Assembly (NCBI RefSeq): GCF_000020385.1
Contig: NC_010814.1
Location: 3,570,001-3,602,000 of the forward strand
Origin: Trichlorobacter lovleyi SZ
GTDB lineage: Bacteria > Desulfobacterota > Desulfuromonadia > Geobacterales > Pseudopelobacteraceae
DNA length: 32,000 nucleotides
Reading direction: 5' to 3'
Shown here in pieces: positions 8,973 through 16,805 of the stretch (the stretch's first letter is position 1; every line of letters starts with the position of its first letter). The notes beneath the pieces were generated by a model. That model had not been told where the DNA came from and searched no databases. It saw nothing but the letters and a program-made list of their open reading frames with translations. The translations under genes were made by a program, and so were the position numbers.

Positions 8973-10157
8973 CTCCCGTATCCGATCCAGAATCAGTTCT
9001 GCCAGCCGGGTCTTGGCCATCAGCTCAAGCGGTTCGATCCTGCCATCCCGATACAAAATCCGGGCGATATTGGTGGACACATTGAAGCCAGCCCCTTCCT
9101 GACTGACATCGTTGGCTACAATCATATCAAGGTTTTTGGCGGCCAGCTTGGCTGCGGCATGGGTCTGCAGATCTGTGGTTTCTGCGGCAAAGCCCACCAG
9201 TAACGGACGCCGTTCCAGCTGCCCCAGCTCAGCCAGGATATCCGGATTTTTCTCCAGCTGCAGGGTGAGTGTTTCACCAGACTTTTTCATCTTTTCGCCA
9301 CACCGCAGTACAGGGCGATAGTCAGCAACCGCTGCTGCCTTGATCACCACACTGCAGTCCGGCACGCAAGCCATAACCGCCTCATGCATCTGACGGGCTG
9401 ACTCAACCTGCACCAATTCAACCCCTGGTGGCGGCGCAAGACAGGTCGGTCCGCTGACCAGTATCACCTTCGCCCCGCGATGCCGGGCTGCCCGGGCCAG
9501 TGCATAGCCCATCTTGCCTGAGGAATGATTGCTGATATAGCGCACCGGGTCCAGTTCCTCCCGGGTTGGCCCGGCAGTTATCAGCATGGTCTCACCGGCA
9601 AGGTCATCACCGGCAAGCAGGGCACAGGCCTCGTCAAAGATCCGTTCCGGCTGGGCTAGACGCCCGCTTCCCTCCCAGCCACAGGCCAGGCTGCCGCTTT
9701 CAGCATCAACAAAACAATAGCCGTGCCGCCGCAAACGGGCTTCATTCTCCTGATAGAGCGGATTTTGATACATATTCACATTCATGGCCGGTGCCAGTAA
9801 CACCGGCGCCTTGGTGGCCATGACGGTTGTGGTCAGCAGATCATCGGCAATGCCATGGGCAATCTTGCCGATCAGATTGGCTGTGGCTGGCGCAATCAGC
9901 AGCAGATCAGCACGGTCAGCCAGAGAGATATGCCCGATCTCACGTTCCTGATACAGGTTAAACAGTTCAGTTGAAACCGGATTACCGGACAACGCTTGAA
10001 AAGTGAGTGGCGTCACAAATTCTGTTGCTGCTCTGGTCATGATCACATGGACATCGGCACCGGCCTTGGTCAGCAGACGCAGCAGTTCCACCGCCTTATA
10101 CACCGCAATGCCGCCGGTTACCCCCAGTACAACCGTCTTGCCTGTCAGTTCTGTCAT
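8952..10157 (-). CDS. coaBC: Bifunctional phosphopantothenoylcysteine decarboxylase / phosphopantothenate-cysteine ligase
   Basis: Flavoprotein N-domain MTELTGKTVVLGVTGGIAVYKAVELLRLL. CoaB block ITAGPTREELDPVRYISNHSSGKMGYALA. Start moved to the ATG at 10157, because the 58 upstream codons overlap the MBL gene end and are not CoaBC-like. Confidence 0.92.
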   Translation of the reverse strand: MTELTGKTVVLGVTGGIAVYKAVELLRLLTKAGADVHVIMTRAATEFVTPLTFQALSGNPVSTELFNLYQEREIGHISLADRADLLLIAPATANLIGKIAHGIADDLLTTTVMATKAPVLLAPAMNVNMYQNPLYQENEARLRRHGYCFVDAESGSLACGWEGSGRLAQPERIFDEACALLAGDDLAGETMLITAGPTREELDPVRYISNHSSGKMGYALARAARHRGAKVILVSGPTCLAPPPGVELVQVESARQMHEAVMACVPDCSVVIKAAAVADYRPVLRCGEKMKKSGETLTLQLEKNPDILAELGQLERRPLLVGFAAETTDLQTHAAAKLAAKNLDMIVANDVSQEGAGFNVSTNIARILYRDGRIEPLELMAKTRLAELILDRIRELLQDKR

Positions 10158-10161
10158 GGTC

Positions 10162-10788
10162 TTAATCCAGATACGGGTTATGGCGTTTTTCATGGCCAAT
10201 GCTGGTGGTAGGGCCGTGACCGGGATAAACCTGCACCTGGTCCGGCAGGGTAAAGAGACGGGTCTTGATCGACTCCACCAACTGGGTATGAGAACCGCCC
10301 GGCAGGTCAGTCCGCCCGACACCATCGGCAAACAGGGTATCCCCGGCGATCAGCCTGCCTTCTGCCTCAAGATACAGGCAGCAGCCCCCCTGGGTATGCC
10401 CCGGTGTATGAATCACCTGCAGCCGGTGTGTCCCGAACTCGATCTGCATGCCATCTTCCAATAGACGATCAGGCTGAGGCGAATTCTCACCCGGCAGACC
10501 GTACATGCCTGCCGTTTTGGCTACCCGTTCCAGTAGCGGGGCGTCGGCCTGATGGATATAGAGCGGTGCACCGGTTGCCTGGGTCAGTTGGCGATTACCG
10601 CCGACATGATCAAAATGGCCATGGGTGTTAATGATTGCAACAATCGTGAGACCGCGCTGTTTGACCTGCGCAAGAATCCGGTCAACCTCATCTCCGGGAT
10701 CAACCACAACCCCCTGTCCGGTGGCTTCGCACCCGAGCACAAAGCAGTTGACTCCCAGTGCACCAACAACAACCGTATCGAAGATCAT
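10162..10788 (-). CDS. MBL-fold metallo-hydrolase (glyoxalase II-like)
   Basis: HxHxDH motif INTHGHFDHVGG, plus later HTPGHTQGG and PGHGP blocks. Length is 208 aa. Confidence 0.85.
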   Translation of the reverse strand: MIFDTVVVGALGVNCFVLGCEATGQGVVVDPGDEVDRILAQVKQRGLTIVAIINTHGHFDHVGGNRQLTQATGAPLYIHQADAPLLERVAKTAGMYGLPGENSPQPDRLLEDGMQIEFGTHRLQVIHTPGHTQGGCCLYLEAEGRLIAGDTLFADGVGRTDLPGGSHTQLVESIKTRLFTLPDQVQVYPGHGPTTSIGHEKRHNPYLD

Positions 10789-10834
10789 ATTCAGGTATCC
10801 TTCATTTACTGGATGGCATTCTTGCAGCAGCCTC

Positions 10835-10863
10835 TTGCCGCTGCATCAGATTAATGGTATCTT
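10835..10863 (+). promoter_or_regulatory. Candidate sigma70-type promoter for the ferredoxin-rubredoxin pair
   Basis: TTGCCG (10835-10840), 17-nt spacer, TATCTT (10858-10863). It lies about 12 nt upstream of SD AGGAGG (10875-10880). Pattern match only. Confidence 0.3.
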
Positions 10864-10888
10864 TTCCCATACTCAGGAGGGACCAGAA

Positions 10889-11080
10889 ATGGCAAAAAAA
10901 CCGGTCGTTGATCAAGAAGTCTGTATCAGCTGTGGTCTCTGTATCAGCCTCTGCCCGGAGGTATTCCGCTTTAACGCCTCCGGCAGGTCAGAATGCTTCA
11001 ACCCTGACGGGGCCGGTGAGGCCGATATCCAGGCCGCCATCGACGGCTGCCCGGTACAGGCCATCAGCTGGGAATCCTGA
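10889..11080 (+). CDS. Small single-cluster [4Fe-4S]/[3Fe-4S] ferredoxin (63 aa)
   Basis: MAKKPVVDQEVCISCGLCISLCPEVF...IDGCPVQAI carries CxxCxxCxxxCP plus a distal CP. SD AGGAGG lies 8 nt upstream. Only the last 63 codons of listed ORF 10625-11080 are ferredoxin-like. Confidence 0.8.
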   Translation: MAKKPVVDQEVCISCGLCISLCPEVFRFNASGRSECFNPDGAGEADIQAAIDGCPVQAISWES

Positions 11081-11122
11081 GCCACCTGTAAGTTCAGTAC
11101 ATTACACCAAAGGAGAGAACCG

Positions 11123-11281
11123 ATGCAAAAGTATGTCTGCACTATCTGCCAGTATGAGTATGATCCCGCTGTTGGCGACCCTGACCACGGTATTGCACCC
11201 GGCACTGCCTTTGAAGACCTGCCGGCCGACTGGTGTTGCCCGCTGTGCGGCGCCGGCAAGGATGTCTTTGAAGCAGTGTAA
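11123..11281 (+). CDS. Rubredoxin (52 aa), not in the supplied ORF track
   Basis: My translation: [52 protein letters not shown]. It has both CxxC knuckles (CTIC, CPLC) and the classic YEYDP, GTxFEDLP and W signature. SD AGGAGAG lies upstream. Stop TAA at 11279-11281. Confidence 0.9.
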   Translation: MQKYVCTICQYEYDPAVGDPDHGIAPGTAFEDLPADWCCPLCGAGKDVFEAV

Positions 11282-11289
11282 CCGCGCCC

Positions 11290-11334
11290 CCTTCCCCTTT
11301 GCCAGGGTGGTAACACCACCGGCAGAGGGGAAGG
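11290..11334. terminator. Compound hairpin between convergent rubredoxin and aminotransferase genes
   Basis: CCTTCCCCT (11290-11298) pairs with AGGGGAAGG (11326-11334). An inner hairpin is GGTGGT (11306-11311) with ACCACC (11315-11320). Confidence 0.45.
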
Positions 11335-11344
11335 CTGTCTGACC

Positions 11345-12412
11345 TCACCCCTTCAGCTCACCATCCAGAACCGTCAGAAATTCTTCCAGTTCAGCCGGTT
11401 GCAAGTCTCCCATATGGGCGATCCGGAAGGTCTTGCCCTTGATCTTGCCATAGCCGTCATCAAAGGCGTACCCTTTTTCACCCAGTTGTTTTTTGATCGC
11501 AGCCAGATCCACCCCACGGCTGTTTGCCACACTGGTCAAGGTCACGGAACGGGCACCTTCTGGAGCAAACAGCTCAAACCCGCGCTCCAGCACCCAACTC
11601 CTGGTCCGCTCCGCCATAACACGATGCCGCTCCCAGCGGGCCTCCAGCCCTTCTGCAAAGAACCGCTGCAACTGGCAATCGAGACCGTAGATCAGTGAGA
11701 TGCAGGGAGTTGAAGGCGTGTTATCCTTGTCGTCGTTGGCAGCAAACTCCATGAAATCAAAGTAGTAGCCACGATTTTCAACGCTTTGCGCACGCTGCAG
11801 CGCCTTTTCCGTTGCCGTAAAGATGGCCAGGCCCGGCGGCAACGCAAAGGCCTTCTGGACACCAAAGATGCAGCAGTCAATTCCCAGCTCATCCAACCCG
11901 ATCGGCATGGCGCTCATGGATGAAACCGTATCAACAATAAACATGACATCCGGGTAGTTACGCATGACGGCAGCAATCTCGGCTAACGGTGACAGCACCC
12001 CGGTGGAGGTCTCATTGTGGATCATGGTCATGCTGTCGTACTTGCCGGTGGCCAGGGTTGCATCCACCAGCTCCGCAGTAATCGGCTGTCCCCAGGGGAC
12101 CTTGACCGCATCAGCCTCTTTGCCGCACCGCAGGGTCACATCATGCCACTTGTCAGAGAAGGCACCATTACAAAAATTGGCACAACGCCCCTTGACCAGG
12201 TTGCGCAGCGCCCCTTCCATGGCACCAAAGGCACTGGAGGTAGCCAGGAACACACGACTCTCCGTCATCATCAAACGTTTCAGGCTTGTCTTTATCCGTC
12301 CATGCAGTTCAGCATACTCTTTCATCCGATGGCCGATCATCGGCTGAGACATTGCCGCAAACACCTCTGGAGCCACATTGACCGGACCGGGAATAAACAG
12401 CTTCTTGACCAT
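11345..12412 (-). CDS. Class V PLP aminotransferase (serine-pyruvate / alanine-glyoxylate / archaeal-type phosphoserine aminotransferase family)
   Basis: MVKKLFIPGPVNVAPEVF N-terminus. Also HNETSTGV and a PLP-Lys block FGVQKAFALPPGLA. Start moved to the ATG at 12412, since the 39 upstream codons are Cys-rich and atypical. Confidence 0.85.
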   Translation of the reverse strand: MVKKLFIPGPVNVAPEVFAAMSQPMIGHRMKEYAELHGRIKTSLKRLMMTESRVFLATSSAFGAMEGALRNLVKGRCANFCNGAFSDKWHDVTLRCGKEADAVKVPWGQPITAELVDATLATGKYDSMTMIHNETSTGVLSPLAEIAAVMRNYPDVMFIVDTVSSMSAMPIGLDELGIDCCIFGVQKAFALPPGLAIFTATEKALQRAQSVENRGYYFDFMEFAANDDKDNTPSTPCISLIYGLDCQLQRFFAEGLEARWERHRVMAERTRSWVLERGFELFAPEGARSVTLTSVANSRGVDLAAIKKQLGEKGYAFDDGYGKIKGKTFRIAHMGDLQPAELEEFLTVLDGELKG

Positions 12413-12491
12413 TGCGCACAAACTCCGAATATCAGTAATAATAAGCTGTTTCGCTATAGCAGAGCAGCCGTTTAAAGTCAAGGCAGCCCCC

Positions 12492-12588
12492 ATGCAACAT
12501 TGCCGCAACACACACTGCAACACATGCAACTACGCACAATCCTGTTGCTTTTCTGTTTACAGCATGTTAGTTAGAGAAAATTTTGCAA
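12492..12588. repeat. Phased (T/C)GCAAC hexamer array in the divergent intergenic region upstream of the nrfD-like operon
   Basis: Direct copies: TGCAAC 12492-12497, CGCAAC 12503-12508, TGCAAC 12515-12520, TGCAAC 12524-12529, TGCAAC 12583-12588. One inverted GTTGC lies at 12543-12547. The first four are spaced 11, 12 and 9 nt apart. Confidence 0.5.
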
Positions 12589-12649
12589 CATTCAATAATA
12601 TGAATCTGTAGCATGTCTCAGAAATCAGATAACAAAGGGGAATCGACGC

Positions 12650-13858
12650 ATGGCACACCACCACACCACTCCATCTCTCAATGAGCTGGTCACCGGGGTA
12701 GCCAACCGGCTCAAGACAGCGGGAACCGGCTTCTACCTCATGGTCTTCATTGCCGCAGCCGTGGTACTGGCCTCTGCCGGTACCGGCCTGATGGCCATGA
12801 TCAAGGGGCATGAAGCATACTACAATGTATATCGCGAGGTCCCCTGGGGTGTTCTGATCGCCACCTACGTCTTTTTCGTCGTAAGCTCCACCGGCCTTTG
12901 CCTGATCTCCTCCATCGGCCACGTCTTCGGTGTCCAGGACTTCATGCCGATCGCCAAGCGTTCGGTCTTCCTCTCCATCGCCACCATTCTTTCCGGCTTC
13001 TTCGTGATCGCCTTTGAGATCAAACTCCCTTGGCGGATGGCAATCTGGAACGTGATCTCTCCCAACCTGACCTCCAACATCTGGTGGATGGGTACCCTCT
13101 ACGGCATCTACCTGGCCTTCATGTTTGCCGAATACATCTTCCTGTTGATGAACAAGCACCGTCCGGCCGTCATCTGCGGCTTCAGCGGTTCAGTGGCCGG
13201 TATTGCAGCCCACTCAAACCTGGGTGCCGTGTTCGGTCTGCTGATGGGCCGTCCCTACTGGCAGGGTCCCTATATGCCGATCTACTTTATCGCCTCAGCC
13301 ATGATGACCGGTTGTGCGGTTATCCTGATGTTCCACATCCTTGGCTACAAGATCAACAAGCAGGAAATGTCCCCTGACATGCAACGCGCCCTTGAGGTTA
13401 CCACCAAGATCGGTATCCTGTTGATCTGCGTGATTCTGTTCTTCACCACCTGGAAGCTGATTGCCGGAGCAGCCGGTCAACCCAACGGCGCCTTCCCGGT
13501 TGTTCAATCCGAGGTTGTCGGCCACCACGCCTTTGTATTCTGGTTCTTTGAAATCCTGCTGGGCATGGCCGGTCCGCTGGTACTCTTCATCCTGTCCAAA
13601 GGGCGCAATCTGAAGTTGATGCTGATCGCCTCCCTGTCGATGGTGATCGGTATTTTTGTCATGCGCTTCAACCTGGTCTATCTCGGCCAGTCCCTGCCGG
13701 TCTACTATGATCTGGGGGTCAATGAGTTCAAGGAAATGCTGCGCTATTCGCCGTCGGTATACGAATGGATCATTACCGCCGGCGGCTTTGGCCTGACTGC
13801 CCTGCTGTTCCTGATCGGAGAAAAGGTTTTTGACGGTCACAAGGTTGAAGATCACTAG
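12650..13858 (+). CDS. NrfD/PsrC-family integral membrane quinone-interacting subunit
   Basis: 402 aa with about 10 hydrophobic segments. N-terminal layout is typical of NrfD/PsrC/DsrP-type subunits. SD AAGGGGA lies 8 nt upstream. The next gene encodes a 4-cluster FeS subunit. Confidence 0.8.
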   Translation: MAHHHTTPSLNELVTGVANRLKTAGTGFYLMVFIAAAVVLASAGTGLMAMIKGHEAYYNVYREVPWGVLIATYVFFVVSSTGLCLISSIGHVFGVQDFMPIAKRSVFLSIATILSGFFVIAFEIKLPWRMAIWNVISPNLTSNIWWMGTLYGIYLAFMFAEYIFLLMNKHRPAVICGFSGSVAGIAAHSNLGAVFGLLMGRPYWQGPYMPIYFIASAMMTGCAVILMFHILGYKINKQEMSPDMQRALEVTTKIGILLICVILFFTTWKLIAGAAGQPNGAFPVVQSEVVGHHAFVFWFFEILLGMAGPLVLFILSKGRNLKLMLIASLSMVIGIFVMRFNLVYLGQSLPVYYDLGVNEFKEMLRYSPSVYEWIITAGGFGLTALLFLIGEKVFDGHKVEDH

Positions 13859-13899
13859 ACCACACGGCATACCAATCACTACAACAAGGATACCAAATC

Positions 13900-14652
13900 A
13901 TGAATAAAAACATAGATCTGAACAATCTGCAGAACGAAGGGGTCGAGAACGTACCGATGCAGGAGCGCCGGGATTTCCTCAAGATGGGTCTGGCCATTAC
14001 CGGTATTTTTGCCGGCGGCACCCTGTTTTCCGCCATCTCAACCTTCAACAGCGCCCACGCCTCTGACTTTGCCAAGAAATACCCCTACAAGCCCCATTAC
14101 AGCATGGTGATGCAACAGCACCGCTGTATCGACTGCGAGCGCTGTATGGAGGCCTGCGTGGCCACCAACCATGTGCCGCAGGTACACGGGGCCTACCGCA
14201 CCACCATCCTTGAAAAGGAAACTCCGGATGCCGTGGGCGGCAAGCGTGAATTTATTCCAATTCTCTGCAACCAGTGCAACCTTCCGCAATGTACCCGGGT
14301 CTGCCCCACCAAGGCCACCTACAAGGACAAGACCACCGGCATCGTGCTGATGGATATCAAAAAGTGCATCGGTTGTCTGACGTGCCAGGAAGGCTGTCCC
14401 TACAACGCCCGCTACTTCAACGAGCACAAAAAGGCGGTTGACAAGTGTAACTTCTGCTGGGATACCCGCCTTTCCAAAGGTGAAAAAGACACGGCCTGTG
14501 CCCACGCCTGTCCGGCAGACGTGCGCGTCTTTGGTGACCTGTCAAACCAGGAAGACCGGGTCTTCAAAATCGTCCACCAGATCGAGCGTCCGGTATGGGT
14601 TCTACGGCCCGAGGCAGGCACCCGTCCCAACGTGTTCTATACCAAAGGATAA
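13900..14652 (+). CDS. Periplasmic (Tat-exported) 4x[4Fe-4S] ferredoxin subunit, NrfC/PsrB/DsrO family
   Basis: Twin-arginine signal RRDFLKMGLAITGIFAGG...AHA. Four Cys clusters: CIDCERCMEAC, CNQCNLPQCTRVCP, CIGCLTCQEGCP, CNFC...CAHACP. Confidence 0.88.
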   Translation: MNKNIDLNNLQNEGVENVPMQERRDFLKMGLAITGIFAGGTLFSAISTFNSAHASDFAKKYPYKPHYSMVMQQHRCIDCERCMEACVATNHVPQVHGAYRTTILEKETPDAVGGKREFIPILCNQCNLPQCTRVCPTKATYKDKTTGIVLMDIKKCIGCLTCQEGCPYNARYFNEHKKAVDKCNFCWDTRLSKGEKDTACAHACPADVRVFGDLSNQEDRVFKIVHQIERPVWVLRPEAGTRPNVFYTKG

Positions 14653-14685
14653 CCAACACTATTTCTTTTACGAGGATTCTACGCT

Positions 14686-15066
14686 ATGACGATACGCACA
14701 CTGTTTATGACCGCTGTAGCCGCACTGTCCCTGGCAGCCGGAGTTGCCGTTGCCGCCAGCTACCCTGAGGCTCCGATCGTCTATGACAAGCCGGTTCGTG
14801 GAGTGATCTTCTCCCACAAGGTTCACGTTGACAAAGGCCTGGGCTGTGACATGTGCCACAACCACCTCTTTGAACAGCAGGCCAAAAAAGTTCAGGCCAA
14901 TAAGGACTTCGTCATGGAGTCGCTCTACCAAGGAAAATACTGCGGCGCCTGCCACAACGGCTCGTTGGCCTTCGCCTCCAACACCCGCTGCGCCACCTGC
15001 CATATTGGCGTAAAAGGAGATGAGCGTTCAAAGAATGGCGGCAAGGCGGAGAAAAAGGGGCACTAA
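14686..15066 (+). CDS. Periplasmic triheme cytochrome c (c7/c3 family)
   Basis: Signal peptide MTIRTLFMTAVAALSLAAGVAVA. Three CXXCH motifs: CDMCH, CGACH, CATCH. FSHKVH resembles the FPHKAH motif of Geobacter PpcA. YCGACHNG..AF is a typical c7-family block. Confidence 0.85.
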   Translation: MTIRTLFMTAVAALSLAAGVAVAASYPEAPIVYDKPVRGVIFSHKVHVDKGLGCDMCHNHLFEQQAKKVQANKDFVMESLYQGKYCGACHNGSLAFASNTRCATCHIGVKGDERSKNGGKAEKKGH

Positions 15067-15081
15067 GTCCACCAGCTCAAC

Positions 15082-15130
15082 GATACAAAGAAAGGCGCCT
15101 ACCGTTTCCGGTGGCGCCTTTCTTTGTATC
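15082..15130. terminator. Very strong bidirectional terminator hairpin
   Basis: GATACAAAGAAAGGCGCC (15082-15099) is the exact reverse complement of GGCGCCTTTCTTTGTATC (15113-15130). The loop adds ACCG/CGGT pairing. A/T runs sit at both stem bases. It lies between convergent transcription units. Confidence 0.8.
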
Positions 15131-15154
15131 AGCCTGTTGTGCTATTGAGGTACA

Positions 15155-15325
15155 CTATAACTCCTCAAACGTCTCCTCGCCATTCTCCTGATCTGCAAGG
15201 TCATCAACCTCATCAATCCGGTCTTCCTTCAATGCCTGCAGAAAACGCCGGTTTTCACCAAGAGTCCTGGAGACCTCCTGCAGCAAAGACTCCAGCTGTT
15301 CATCCTTCGGCGGGTCAACCGTCAT
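15155..15325 (-). CDS. Unlisted 56-aa acidic helical ORF immediately downstream of trxB
   Basis: My translation: MTVDPPKDEQLESLLQEVSRTLGENRRFLQALKEDRIDEVDDLADQENGEETFEEL. The ATG at 15325 lies 3 nt after the trxB stop (TAAGGTATG). The strong terminator begins 25 nt after its stop, so the transcript appears built to include it. No family recognised. Confidence 0.35.
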   Translation of the reverse strand: MTVDPPKDEQLESLLQEVSRTLGENRRFLQALKEDRIDEVDDLADQENGEETFEEL

Positions 15326-15328
15326 ACC

Positions 15329-16360
<1,032 letters not shown>

Positions 16361-16738
16361 TTATTCCGCCTTGGTTCGCAATCCTGCGGCGATATTGAAG
16401 TCTATATCCACCACAATAGTCAGCTTGTCCTTGTCAGGATCAGCCATCACTTCAAAGAGCCGTTTATCAATAAAAAGACTTAGATTGAGAATGTCTTGCT
16501 TTAAGGCTGTTGGCAGCGGGTTTTCCGGATCGGAAAGTTCGGCCTGAAAGAAACTCCAGACCTTCTGGTTGAATTTAATCGCCTCAAGCAGCTTTTCATC
16601 ACGGTCTGGCGCAGCCCAGTTTTCCTGCACCTGCTTTAACATCAGACCGGCACGGGTCAGTACCGACGCCTCAAGCTCGCGACCTGAAAGGGTCTCTTTC
16701 TGCATACTGGTGTAGCTGTTAAGTGCTGTCTGGCTCAT
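16361..16738 (-). CDS. flaF: Flagellin-synthesis regulator FlaF family protein
   Basis: 125 aa. Layout matches my recollection of Caulobacter FlaF. Elements: N-terminal Y..(Q/K).....RELEA..L, then LLEAIKFNQKVWSFF, NPLPTALKQDILNLSLFI, and C-terminal IDFNIAAGL. SD GAAGGAG lies upstream. Confidence 0.7.
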   Translation of the reverse strand: MSQTALNSYTSMQKETLSGRELEASVLTRAGLMLKQVQENWAAPDRDEKLLEAIKFNQKVWSFFQAELSDPENPLPTALKQDILNLSLFIDKRLFEVMADPDKDKLTIVVDIDFNIAAGLRTKAE

Positions 16739-16805
16739 CCGTTATGACTCCTTCTGCAATTTTGTTTCATAATAAACAATTCCAAGGGGAAATCAAGCCT
16801 GCCTT

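Noticed and set aside
10625-11342. Long ORFs 10625-11080 (151 aa) and 10758-11342 (194 aa), and the minus-strand ORF 10912-11319
   Set aside because: Only the last 63 codons of the first are ferredoxin-like and preceded by an SD. The others are alternative frames across the ferredoxin and rubredoxin genes, with Ser/Pro/Arg-rich nonsense-like products.
12557-13879. Minus-strand ORFs 12557-13159 (200 aa) and 13295-13879 (194 aa)
   Set aside because: They are antisense to the NrfD-family membrane gene. Their products are charged, Gly/Asp/His-rich and lack domains.
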